Source: Saccharolobus solfataricus
Lineage (GTDB): Archaea > Thermoproteota > Thermoprotei_A > Sulfolobales > Sulfolobaceae
Direction: 5' to 3'
NCBI RefSeq assembly: GCF_900079115.1
Contig: NZ_LT549890.1
Span: 330,001 to 362,000, forward strand
Length of the DNA: 32,000 bases
The notes below the pieces were generated by a model that saw nothing but the letters and a program-made list of their open reading frames with translations, made no database searches and was not told the DNA's origin. The translations under genes were made by a program, and so were the position numbers. Shown piece after piece: positions 1 through 8,438 of this stretch (position 1 is the first letter of the stretch; the number at the start of each line of letters is the position of its first letter).

Positions 1-263
1 GTATCTGGGTTTGCTAAATTAGAAGATAGGTGAGCGTAAGGGTAAATAACCACAGAATCCGCTTTTACCTTACTATAAACGTCTAAGATATCGTCTATTG
101 CTTTGCTTAAAATCTCCTCATCATCTCCTTTCTCCACTGTAGTAAAACAGACTAGAGTGTTCTTCAGCTCTATCGATTTTAATTTTGCTTCTTCTGGTTC
201 CTTAATAGCTCTTTCCTTTACATTAAATGAGAAGTCAGATGCGTGAATAAATAGTATTATCAC
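1..263 (-). CDS. 5' part (about 87 codons) of a gene running off the left edge; the N-terminus resembles the archaeal ThrRS-type editing domain
   Basis: This is my own translation of the minus strand from GTG 263..261, with an in-frame TAA just upstream at 269..267. It reads [25 protein letters not shown]...[19 protein letters not shown]. The IH(A/S)D start and the YP(Y/F)AHLSS motif match the N-terminal editing domain of archaeal threonyl-tRNA synthetases as I recall them. It is absent from the ORF track because the window edge truncates it. Confidence 0.5.
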   Translation of the reverse strand, partial: MIILFIHASDFSFNVKERAIKEPEEAKLKSIELKNTLVCFTTVEKGDDEEILSKAIDDILDVYSKVKADSVVIYPYAHLSSNLANPD

Positions 264-285
264 AAATTACGGTTACTTTAAACGT

Positions 286-1554
286 TTATAAACTAATTTC
301 TTGACCATTTTCCGGAGTTATAACTTCAACCCCAATCTCTTGCTTTATTAGATCCGCTAAAGATGATTCATTATCTGGAGAACCATGAACGAGCACGACT
401 TTTTCCAAATCCTTAACGGATTTAACTATTTCCAACAACTGTCTTCTTCCAGCGTGACTTGAAAAGTCAAAGATTTCTAACCTAGCCTTTAACAATCCAG
501 AATACTCATCGAACTTACCCATTTCTAATAGCTTCCTTCCCGGAGTGTTAATAGCTTGGTAACTGACTAAGAATACCGCATTCTTACTATTTTCTGATAG
601 CTTTTTGAAGTAATAAACGGCTGGCCCACCCTTAAGCATTCCCGCACTCGCAACGATAACCCCTTTCTCCTTCCATGCTCTATGCCTATCCTCCCAGCCC
701 TTAACGTAATTGAAATTATCATAAGCCTTCTTAAGCAGATCTGGTCTATTCAAAAACTCTTTAAAACCAAGCATTATCTCCGTTATCTCTCTGGACATAC
801 CGTCATAATAAACTGGATAAGGAAAATTCCTTTCCGCCAATACAGATAAGACTTCCTGGCTCCTAGCTAAACTAAAAGCTGGTACTAAAACAGTCCCACC
901 GCTTTCTACTACTTCCATAACCTTATCGTAGAAATCGTTTTCAACATCTTTTCTATTTGGATGATTAAACTTGCCATAAGTTGACTCCATAACTAAAACA
1001 TTTGCATCTCCTATATTCTCAATTTCTGCAGGTTTCATTAATTTGGTCTCCGTTAAGTTAATATCCCCCGTAAAGGCTATTACGCCTTTCTCTGACGATA
1101 CCTTAATAATAGAACTTCCCGGTATGTGCCCAGCATTGTAAAGCGAAACTTTCAAACTATCTATTTCTACTTCTTCCCCATACCCAATTGCCATGAAATT
1201 GTCCATTGTTTTCCTTACTTCAACCCATTCGTACGGTATTTTAGCTCCAGAAAGCTTTAGAAAATCCTTTAGCATTGTCTCAGTTATTATCCTAGTGGCC
1301 ACAGTGCCATAGACCTTAGTGTTCAATGAACCTATTTGATAAATAGGTAAAGCTCCTATATGGTCTAGATGTGCATGAGATACGACAAAGCCCTTCACCT
1401 TACCTGGCATTTCTTGCAACGGAAAATTAGGATTGTCCTTTTCATCGAAGTTTACACCATAGTCTAGTATTATGCTACCATCACTATTTCCAACCTCAAT
1501 GGCAGATCTACCTACTTCTCTTCCACCACCTAATATTTTCAGAAAGTAATTCAT
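286..1554 (-). CDS. beta-CASP metallo-beta-lactamase ribonuclease (aCPSF2 / Sulfolobus 'RNase J-like' 5'-3' exonuclease type, no KH domains), 422 aa
   Basis: Contains the HxHxDH motif ([14 protein letters not shown]), a [10 protein letters not shown]-terminus and beta-CASP C-terminal motifs (SSHAG, VHG). I moved the start to ATG 1554..1552 ([11 protein letters not shown]...). The 70-codon hydrophobic extension in the track overlaps the divergent NAC gene and looks like non-coding read-through. Confidence 0.85.
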   Translation of the reverse strand: MNYFLKILGGGREVGRSAIEVGNSDGSIILDYGVNFDEKDNPNFPLQEMPGKVKGFVVSHAHLDHIGALPIYQIGSLNTKVYGTVATRIITETMLKDFLKLSGAKIPYEWVEVRKTMDNFMAIGYGEEVEIDSLKVSLYNAGHIPGSSIIKVSSEKGVIAFTGDINLTETKLMKPAEIENIGDANVLVMESTYGKFNHPNRKDVENDFYDKVMEVVESGGTVLVPAFSLARSQEVLSVLAERNFPYPVYYDGMSREITEIMLGFKEFLNRPDLLKKAYDNFNYVKGWEDRHRAWKEKGVIVASAGMLKGGPAVYYFKKLSENSKNAVFLVSYQAINTPGRKLLEMGKFDEYSGLLKARLEIFDFSSHAGRRQLLEIVKSVKDLEKVVLVHGSPDNESSLADLIKQEIGVEVITPENGQEISL

Positions 1555-1612
1555 TTGTGAAATATCGTAACCGCAAACTATTAAGTTTACTTCCTCTTCA
1601 ATAAAACATGTA

Positions 1613-1963
1613 ATGGCAAAAATAAAACCCTCTGATCTAAAGAAAATGGAAAGAATGGGAATAAAAACTGAACAAATAAATGCAACTAGAGTGATAATTG
1701 AGACTAATGAAAAGAATATAGTAATTGAAAATCCTACCGTTATGAAAACAAATGTCATGGGCAATGAGGCAATTGTTATATATGGTGGGCAAACCAGGGA
1801 AGAGAAAAAGCAGAGTCAAATTGAAATAAAAGATGAAGATGTAAAATTTGTCGCTGAACAAACTGGTAAAAGCGAAAAAGACGCCAGAGAGGCCTTAGTT
1901 AAGGCAAATGGCGACATAGCAAAGGCAATTATGATTCTGCAAGGAGAGACCTCAAACCCTTAA
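1613..1963 (+). CDS. nac: nascent polypeptide-associated complex protein (archaeal NAC alpha, NAC domain plus C-terminal UBA)
   Basis: 116 aa. The NAC beta-barrel region is [19 protein letters not shown]...NPTVM. The C-terminal UBA-like helix bundle is [34 protein letters not shown]. Confidence 0.9.
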   Translation: MAKIKPSDLKKMERMGIKTEQINATRVIIETNEKNIVIENPTVMKTNVMGNEAIVIYGGQTREEKKQSQIEIKDEDVKFVAEQTGKSEKDAREALVKANGDIAKAIMILQGETSNP

Positions 1964-2654
1964 TTAAATCCTCCTCAGTTGGTTTCATAGAGACAATGAT
2001 GTTTATTCCTTCAACCTCACTTAACATTAAGGCTAAGGGGTCTAGCTTAACCGGTCTATGGAAAACCACAACCTGAGGCCTTATTGGGGCAACCTTAAGA
2101 GCTATCATTGGAGACCTACCGCTACTTACTCTCGTGAAAACCACAACCCTATTCACCATCATACTCAAAACTTGATAAAACTCTAAACCACTTAAACTCA
2201 GAATAGCCCTAATACTATCGGTAACAACGTAACCGTAAACCTTCTTATCAGTAACAAAGGAATTTACGACAACACCGTCAACAGCCCTAATCAACTTATC
2301 TATACAAATAGGAGAATTGAAATCCCTCATATCAACAATGAAAGGGAAATTTATACCAAACATCTTAGCCAACTCTTTAACAACCTTATAACCCCTCCTA
2401 GCGTCAATTGAAATCAAAGCAGACACATAACGCTTAATGAACTCACTACCAGCCTGCCTTCTTCCCCTTTCGTAATCTGCGATAACAGATTGCTTAATTC
2501 CCATCTCCCTAGCCAGCTCACCTTGAGAAACGTTAAACATTTCCCTCCACTTCCTTAAAGATCCGGATATATCCTTACTCCAAACAATATCTCCAGATAT
2601 TCTCTTACCAATAGTCTCTATTATATAGGAATCAAATAATTCATCAACTGCCAT
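1929..2654 (-). CDS. XRE-family helix-turn-helix transcriptional regulator with an uncharacterised C-terminal domain
   Basis: The HTH segment is [34 protein letters not shown]. The track start at 2669 is a GTG; the ATG at 2654 (MAVDELFDS...) sits about 27 nt from a TATA-like element and would give a leaderless mRNA. The 3' end overlaps the NAC 3' end by 35 nt (convergent). Confidence 0.6.
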   Translation of the reverse strand: MAVDELFDSYIIETIGKRISGDIVWSKDISGSLRKWREMFNVSQGELAREMGIKQSVIADYERGRRQAGSEFIKRYVSALISIDARRGYKVVKELAKMFGINFPFIVDMRDFNSPICIDKLIRAVDGVVVNSFVTDKKVYGYVVTDSIRAILSLSGLEFYQVLSMMVNRVVVFTRVSSGRSPMIALKVAPIRPQVVVFHRPVKLDPLALMLSEVEGINIIVSMKPTEEDLIKGLRSLLAES

Positions 2655-2659
2655 TAGTG

Positions 2660-2666
2660 TTATAAA
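2660..2666 (+). promoter_or_regulatory. TATA box (TTATAAA) for tRNA-Pro
   Basis: It is centred about 28 nt upstream of tRNA position 1 (2691), the usual Sulfolobus TATA-to-TSS distance. Confidence 0.4.
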
Positions 2667-2672
2667 CACGCG

Positions 2673-2687
2673 TTATAATTTAAATAA
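2673..2687 (-). promoter_or_regulatory. TATA-like element (minus strand TTATTTAAATTATAA) for the HTH regulator gene
   Basis: It is centred about 27 nt upstream of ATG 2654 on the minus strand, consistent with a leaderless transcript. It lies closer to the tRNA than the tRNA's own TATA does. Confidence 0.35.
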
Positions 2688-2690
2688 TAG

Positions 2691-2766
2691 GGGTCCGTGG
2701 TCTAGCCTGGACTAGGATGCGACGTTCGGGTCGTCGTGGTCCCGGGTTCAAATCCCGGCGGACCCA
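2691..2766 (+). tRNA. tRNA-Pro (anticodon CGG)
   Basis: Hand-folded cloverleaf. Acceptor GGGTCCG/CGGACCC. D arm GTCT..GGAT. Anticodon stem CGACG/CGTCG with loop TTCGGGT. Variable loop TGGTC. T arm CCGGG-TTCAAAT-CCCGG. Discriminator A. No encoded CCA and no intron. It is a GC-rich island in AT-rich DNA. Confidence 0.9.
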
Positions 2767-2896
2767 TACATAAATTAACTACTTCTTCCAATTCCTAACT
2801 AAAATCTCCCGAAAAGTAATGCATAATATACGAAATTTACGTTAATGGGTACTTTGTAGAATCGTCGAATTTTCACTATAGAGTTGGTGGTAGAAC

Positions 2897-2980
2897 AAGC
2901 AGAGATTGTGCATCTGATCATCAATTGAAAGGAAGTTAATACTAGTTCAGTAGAAAAATATTCAACACGTTAACTAAGCA
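2897..2980 (+). repeat. Copy A of an ~84-nt intergenic element with conserved blocks (partner at 9755..9838)
   Basis: Block 0 is aagcagagattgtgcatct (15/19 identical to the partner). Then a 7-nt spacer, AATTGAAAGGAAG (13/13), an 18-nt spacer, AAAAATATTCAACA (14/14), a 4-nt spacer and AACTAAGCA (9/9). The spacer lengths are identical in both copies, but the spacer sequences have mostly diverged. Confidence 0.7.
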
Positions 2981-3135
2981 TTTAGTGAGACCTATGATAG
3001 TAAAGTATCTCGGTTTCATTAGAAGATAATAATTGCCATACTCTCCCTAATGGGATTTTACGATAATATTTAAGATCTAATGTGAATTTCCTAAAGTGCT
3101 ACCCCATATCCAAAACCAAAGTTTCTATTCTCAAA

Positions 3136-4365
3136 TCAAATAAGATACTTCTTTAAAATTTTCAAGACAGAATTGGCAACATTATCCCAATTCGAATGCA
3201 GCTTTAAGAATTCCATTAACTTATCTCCATTCATGATCTCTTCAATTTCTTTCTCACTCATTTTGTAGAACTTTAAAGCGTTTTCAGCCATACTTTCCTT
3301 ATCGAATTCATTAACAATCCTAACACACTCTAATCCTCCATAAACACTCTTAATTGCGGGAATGTCATAGGCAACAACCGGCGTACCTAGGGCTAGAGAT
3401 TCTAGAGCAACTAATGAGAAACCATCAACATGAGATGGATAAATTAGAACCTTAGCCTTAGAAACAATATCTGCTAACTCCTCCCTCTTAACAAAGCCCT
3501 TATAGTCAACCCTCAAATCGTATTTTCTGACCTTAGACCAAAACCTCCTCTCGTTGTATTTATCGAAAAATTTGCCCATTAGAATTAACCTTACCTTATT
3601 ACCACCCCTCTTTTCCATAATGCGCAAAATGTCTGGCAACTCATGAAAACCCTTATCTTGATTTAACCTACTCCAGAATACAACGTAATCCTCTTTCCCC
3701 CTATTCCTAAACTTCAGAAGAGAAGGATTAAAAGCATTTCCGGGTTTAATAACCTCACCACCTAAACCAGACTCAAGTAAAGGAGCTTCACTGACACCAG
3801 CTAAAAAAGTAGGTTTTTTCACTTTTTTAAACAACCTCTTATACAAATATTTTATATACTCGTTGTATAGAAACCTAGTGTGAAAACCTTTTCCAGTATA
3901 TGGATTTACACCATAAAATTTGACTAATCTCCTAAAGTATCTAAGGGAGTTATTATAAAAGGGGGGTTCATGGAAAGTTACGCCATATTTAGTATCCCTA
4001 GCCAGATAGAAAATATCAAGGGATGTGTGGTCTGGCTCGTACAAGATATCGGCGTCAACTTTAAAACCCTTGGAAAACTCCCTAGCGATCTTATCGGCAA
4101 ATAAAAACCTCTTAAGCCTTCCAATTCTCCTCTTCTCCTCCAATATCTCATAAAATTCATCAGCAACCTTTATGCCTTGGCTCTCTAATTCCTTAGCCTT
4201 CTTCTCTACGTTCTCCTTATCCCATGAAAGGACTGGGCTAGAAGGGTAATATACAATTTTGAAATGCTCCTTAAGCCTAATCGTAACCTCATAAGCATGA
4301 ACGGCTCCACCACCAGCAAAATACGGTGAGAGGAATTTATCGTAGACAACTCCCAGTGTAGTCAT
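3136..4365 (-). CDS. GT4-family (GT-B fold) glycosyltransferase
   Basis: 409 aa. The C-terminal retaining-GT signature is PSHVDGFSLVALESLALGTPVVAYD (EX7E-like), and the N-terminus is the typical GGGAVHAYE. Confidence 0.8.
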   Translation of the reverse strand: MTTLGVVYDKFLSPYFAGGGAVHAYEVTIRLKEHFKIVYYPSSPVLSWDKENVEKKAKELESQGIKVADEFYEILEEKRRIGRLKRFLFADKIAREFSKGFKVDADILYEPDHTSLDIFYLARDTKYGVTFHEPPFYNNSLRYFRRLVKFYGVNPYTGKGFHTRFLYNEYIKYLYKRLFKKVKKPTFLAGVSEAPLLESGLGGEVIKPGNAFNPSLLKFRNRGKEDYVVFWSRLNQDKGFHELPDILRIMEKRGGNKVRLILMGKFFDKYNERRFWSKVRKYDLRVDYKGFVKREELADIVSKAKVLIYPSHVDGFSLVALESLALGTPVVAYDIPAIKSVYGGLECVRIVNEFDKESMAENALKFYKMSEKEIEEIMNGDKLMEFLKLHSNWDNVANSVLKILKKYLI

Positions 4366-4380
4366 TTCCTACACATAAAC

Positions 4381-4388
4381 TTTATTTA
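4381..4388 (+). promoter_or_regulatory. TATA box (TTTATTTA) for tRNA-Ala
   Basis: It is centred about 29 nt upstream of tRNA position 1 (4414). Confidence 0.4.
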
Positions 4389-4413
4389 GTCTCAATAAAA
4401 ATTCTTAACCAGT

Positions 4414-4487
<74 letters not shown>

Positions 4488-4489
4488 CT

Positions 4490-4514
4490 GTGGGGGATAC
4501 CCCCACACCCCCAC
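4490..4514 (+). repeat. G5/C5/C5 inverted-repeat hairpin immediately 3' of tRNA-Ala
   Basis: The sequence is GTGGGGGATACCCCCACACCCCCAC. GGGGG (4492..4496) can pair either with CCCCC at 4500..4504 (3-nt loop) or with CCCCC at 4508..4512. Confidence 0.5.
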
Positions 4515-4661
4515 TGCTAACGTAAAACTTCAATAACCTTACCAAAAGAGCTGTCTGTTCTTCCACTTTAATGAGCATTTTTCAACAACGAAACTTCAAT
4601 ACCCTCTTATGCCTATTATATTTTTATTTAATGGTACAAAATTTGAAACTGTATACAAAGC

Positions 4662-4669
4662 TTTATAAA
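4662..4669 (+). promoter_or_regulatory. TATA box (TTTATAAA) of the slaA promoter
   Basis: It lies about 33-40 nt upstream of ATG 4702, which predicts a short 5' UTR. Confidence 0.5.
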
Positions 4670-4701
4670 GTATTTTCGCTTATTCCACTAGCAGATGTAG
4701 T

Positions 4702-7700
4702 ATGAATAAAACCCTCGGTCTAATCCTAACCTCTGTATTCCTACTATCCACTTTAGGCATAATAACTGGATTTGTAATACCAACACAAGCTGCCAACTCT
4801 AATGATGCGGCAATATACACAATACCTAGTGTTACTAGTGTAAGTAATACTTCTAATATAGTCATTAACCTATTCTTTAACGCTACTTCAAACTCTACAG
4901 TAGGCGCACAAGCATCTGCATTTAATTATGGTTTAGCAATTAACTATACTTTAGATGCCATAACGTTTACCGTGGTACTTCCAAGTGGTACGTCCTATCC
5001 ACTAATAAAATTAAATGCTAAAAATTTTGCAAATTATGGATATTATGATCTAGCTCACAATTCAATAGTTTTACTATTAAATACTACTGCTTCATCCACA
5101 GCCAAAGAATTGGCATATAGTTATGAGCAAAGTATTGGAGTAACTCCTTCAGCAAGTTATAAAATTTATAATTATACTAATAAAACCGTAAATGTTAATC
5201 AATACATGAATGAGCTACCTCTATCAATGTTGATATATATGGCAACTAATGGAAAATATAACAATTTAGCATCATTACCAGTAGGTACTAAACTAGAATT
5301 CACTTACGCTGGTGTCACTTATATCATAGCAGTGTCCCCAACCGTGAAATTAGTAGGTGAGTTATTAAACCCATTGTATACAGCAAATTCAAAGATGTTA
5401 CCTGGCACTAACTACGCAGTTGGAAGAAGCAACATAACCGTAGCAGTTTACGATAACTTGATTACAACTACCACATCACCATTTAACTTTACCTTAACCT
5501 ATTCCTCATTAGCGCCAGCCCTAATATACTGGTTTGTAATAGCTAATACAACATATACTAATAATGGTGCTTCTACACCAACAGCTAGCTTCCAGGCTCC
5601 ACCGTTTAAACAATACTTCCCATCTAATAGTACCATATTATATTCCGCAGCACCAACTAAAAGTTCGATCCTAATGTTTAATGGACAAATGAACGTCACT
5701 GCACATGAAAACGTAACGCTAACCTTACAAACCGGTACTAACATATACACATCTCCAAACTTCAACGTGACTCCACCAGGTAATTATACTTTCTCTGGTA
5801 AGTTAGGTGTTGGATTCAATGGCTTCATCTATCAAAACGGTAGTGCAACATTAACTGCAACTATATTTAATGGTACAATTAATTTCTTCTTTAGCAGTAC
5901 TGGCCAGAAAGCCGCATTTACTTTCTTCCTAGTTCCGATAGTTCCAATAAACTTAGGCGATAATAATGGTGCAACAGTGATCTATAATGGGGTATCTCTC
6001 AACACTGGCTTCCCACAAGTAGTAGTAATGTTTAACATAACTGGTAATTTCACTAAATCTGGAAGTAATTATCTATTATACGGATCAGTATATGAGGCTG
6101 AGTTAAAACCGTTAGGCTCTACTCAATTACAAAAATTAGCTGGTGCAACTGATAGTACACAGTTCGTGGGTAACTTAATTTCATCCGCTTCATCACCTTT
6201 AGTATCTTACTTCAACTACGGTGAATCTACAACAACAATAACAGGAACATCATTATCCTTCACAGTGCTAATGCCATTAAAGTTCATTGTTGAGAGATTA
6301 GGCTACATCTATCTAGTAACCTTCCATATATGGGGTCCGTCAGCTACTGTAACTGTAACTGGTGTTGACTACCACGGTACCCAAATTGCACTAGGTTCCT
6401 TTAGAGCATATGTAGCACTTCCAAGCTTCTATACACTGCCAAAAACTCCATTGGTTGGCTTAACTTGCGACAACATGTATACACTAGCACAAGTAAGTGA
6501 TGCTGGCTCAGTCCTAGAGACCTCCACGGCGAATTCCAATGCTAATAATGCAACTGTTATTGGACCCTATGACTTAATGTCCAATGCTGGTCTACACGTG
6601 GCAATTTACAATGGTTCTAAACTAGTGAAGAGTGGGAATTTAGGCCTATTACCCAATGCGACAACAGCTCCTATAACCACTACTATAACGCTAAATGGAC
6701 AAACAGTTGCATTAACTTACTCTTCTGCTCCAACAGCGATATACCCAGTTGATTTCAAGTTTGAGCCAGGATTCAGTTACAGTGTTACAACTAACGTGAT
6801 ATATAATACTTCAATTCCAACCTATGTTGTGACTGTATATATGCCATTGAAATACATACTACAAACTAAAATCGTAATGTGGTATGTGAGTCCTGACTAT
6901 GCTGCTTACTTCTATTATTCAAGCACTGGACAGTATCAAACTAGTAACGTAACCTTAACGTTTGCAAATGTTACTCCAGAATTAGTAATGCCACAAGTAT
7001 TCCCGGTTGGCAAACTATACATGCCCTTCGGAATTAATGATCCGTATTACGTGTTCTACAGCAGTATAAGTATAGGTCCGCAGAGTGGAGTAATTGAAGC
7101 TGTTGAGAATGGATTTAACGTAGGTAACATTACTTCAATTACTGTAGAACTAAATGGTATGAACGAGTCAATAGTATTATCACCACTAAATGTTAGTAAA
7201 TTATTAATATCAAGTAACTTAGGTGAAGTATCTCAATGCAGCCCATTATTTACAACTACACTATTCAACATATCCGCGTTAGCTTCACTATTAGGTTTAC
7301 CAAACGCAGCTGCTCTAAATGGAAGCTATTTATATGTAACCTATCACGATATAATCAGTGGAGCTTATGTGACAAACAGGACCTTACTGGTGGTTGGTCA
7401 ATTCTACGTGATGCCACCAACTACTCCAGGTTCGGTTGAATGGATATTAACTGCAAAGTACATTAATGCTACAACGGGTATTCCAGTTGAGATAAGCTAT
7501 GCTGTAGTGCAACAGCCAAGTGCTAAGGTAGTTGATATAAACGCAGCTAATGCAAGCATTACACAAATACAAGTAACTGGTGTGAAGATTGTTAGCAAGT
7601 ACGCTACTGTGACAGTTATGTATAATCCAAGTAATGCAAGCACAATCGTATACATGAACGGTATGTTTGTAGCTTCATATGGTGGTAATCTAATATCTTC

Positions 7701-8397
7701 GCTATCAGAGACGTCAACATTTGGAGTATATTACGGAGCAGTAGTTAACTTATATGTAGCGACTGGTACATTAAGTAGTCCTAACGGAACAATGTATGTA
7801 GTATTAGGATCTCATAAAGTTGCAGTAGGTACTGCTAATCTATACACTTACGCTGGATACCACTTCGGTCCATACACAGCCCTACCACTAGTATCTAATG
7901 TAACATTTACAGTACAAGACCCAGTAACTCATGCGACACTCACTGGTCAAACCACCTTAGGTGCATTTAACAACACTCCAATTAGGTTAGCTCCATTAGG
8001 TGTATCAATACCTCAAACTGCCCAATATAAAGTGTTCTACTACTATAGCACACCTTTAGTATTAAGCCCAACAAGTCAGTACATAGTGTTGTCTGTGACA
8101 AGTGTTATATCCTATCCATATCCATTCTACATAGAAACTGTATCGTTCTTAGGTTATAACGTAACTACTGGAACTCCAGTGCCTGGCACTCCAGCATTCC
8201 AGACAGTATATTCGCCATCCTTAGGTCCTGGTGTAGTATTACAAGTACCTGTTCAGTCATATCAGTTCATAAGCTTATCGACTCCAAGTGAGCCTCATAC
8301 AGTAGTAATGTTTGCAGTGCCGTTTGCAGGCGGTCCAGCAATATCTCTATACCCGACATTCTTAGTATACGCTAATGTGACGGCGATTTCAAGTTAA
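4702..8397 (+). CDS. slaA: large S-layer lattice protein SlaA
   Basis: 1231 aa. It has an N-terminal signal peptide (MNKTLGLILTSVFLLSTLGIITGFVIPTQA/ANS). It is very rich in Thr/Ser/Asn/Val/Tyr, with well over 30 N-x-S/T sequons by eye and almost no charged residues. It is followed directly by slaB. The sequence matches my memory of Sulfolobus SlaA. Confidence 0.9.
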   Translation: MNKTLGLILTSVFLLSTLGIITGFVIPTQAANSNDAAIYTIPSVTSVSNTSNIVINLFFNATSNSTVGAQASAFNYGLAINYTLDAITFTVVLPSGTSYPLIKLNAKNFANYGYYDLAHNSIVLLLNTTASSTAKELAYSYEQSIGVTPSASYKIYNYTNKTVNVNQYMNELPLSMLIYMATNGKYNNLASLPVGTKLEFTYAGVTYIIAVSPTVKLVGELLNPLYTANSKMLPGTNYAVGRSNITVAVYDNLITTTTSPFNFTLTYSSLAPALIYWFVIANTTYTNNGASTPTASFQAPPFKQYFPSNSTILYSAAPTKSSILMFNGQMNVTAHENVTLTLQTGTNIYTSPNFNVTPPGNYTFSGKLGVGFNGFIYQNGSATLTATIFNGTINFFFSSTGQKAAFTFFLVPIVPINLGDNNGATVIYNGVSLNTGFPQVVVMFNITGNFTKSGSNYLLYGSVYEAELKPLGSTQLQKLAGATDSTQFVGNLISSASSPLVSYFNYGESTTTITGTSLSFTVLMPLKFIVERLGYIYLVTFHIWGPSATVTVTGVDYHGTQIALGSFRAYVALPSFYTLPKTPLVGLTCDNMYTLAQVSDAGSVLETSTANSNANNATVIGPYDLMSNAGLHVAIYNGSKLVKSGNLGLLPNATTAPITTTITLNGQTVALTYSSAPTAIYPVDFKFEPGFSYSVTTNVIYNTSIPTYVVTVYMPLKYILQTKIVMWYVSPDYAAYFYYSSTGQYQTSNVTLTFANVTPELVMPQVFPVGKLYMPFGINDPYYVFYSSISIGPQSGVIEAVENGFNVGNITSITVELNGMNESIVLSPLNVSKLLISSNLGEVSQCSPLFTTTLFNISALASLLGLPNAAALNGSYLYVTYHDIISGAYVTNRTLLVVGQFYVMPPTTPGSVEWILTAKYINATTGIPVEISYAVVQQPSAKVVDINAANASITQIQVTGVKIVSKYATVTVMYNPSNASTIVYMNGMFVASYGGNLISSLSETSTFGVYYGAVVNLYVATGTLSSPNGTMYVVLGSHKVAVGTANLYTYAGYHFGPYTALPLVSNVTFTVQDPVTHATLTGQTTLGAFNNTPIRLAPLGVSIPQTAQYKVFYYYSTPLVLSPTSQYIVLSVTSVISYPYPFYIETVSFLGYNVTTGTPVPGTPAFQTVYSPSLGPGVVLQVPVQSYQFISLSTPSEPHTVVMFAVPFAGGPAISLYPTFLVYANVTAISS

Positions 8398-8401
8398 AAG
8401 G

Positions 8402-8419
8402 TTTTTATTTTTTTCTCTT
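8402..8419 (+). terminator. T-rich tract (TTTTTATTTTTTTCTCTT) between slaA and slaB; probable partial terminator
   Basis: Oligo-T runs are the archaeal intrinsic termination signal. This tract begins 5 nt after the slaA stop. Confidence 0.4.
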
Positions 8420-8431
8420 AACCATATATTT

Positions 8432-8438
8432 GAGGTGA
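8432..8438 (+). promoter_or_regulatory. Shine-Dalgarno element GAGGTGA for slaB
   Basis: It is fully complementary to the 3' end of crenarchaeal 16S rRNA. It lies directly before TTG 8439 and 6 nt before GTG 8445, so the true slaB start may be 8445. Confidence 0.5.

Noticed and set aside
1555-1764. 70-codon N-terminal extension of the beta-CASP RNase ORF ([18 protein letters not shown]...)
   Set aside because: It is hydrophobic low-complexity sequence with no counterpart in beta-CASP proteins. It overlaps the divergent NAC gene and its promoter region. The internal ATG at 1554 gives the canonical [16 protein letters not shown]-terminus.
2924-2931. CRISPR-like ATTGAAAG (the 3' handle of Sulfolobus CRISPR repeats) at 2924..2931, 9782..9789 and 25967..25974; copy B even reads GATTAATTGAAAG
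   Set aside because: There is no repeat-spacer periodicity and no full ~24-nt repeat. The copies are kilobases apart. An 8-mer this AT-rich is expected by chance, so this is not a CRISPR array.
2767-3135. Integrated element or att-site remnants next to the four tRNA genes
   Set aside because: There is no integrase gene or fragment and no duplicated 3' tRNA half anywhere in the window. The flanking spacers are short and hold housekeeping promoters.
5499-7439. ORFs 5499..5765 (-) and 7236..7439 (+) inside slaA, and 4680..4865 (-) over its start
   Set aside because: They are wholly contained in or antisense to the strongly supported slaA frame. They are short, with no motifs and skewed composition typical of shadow ORFs.
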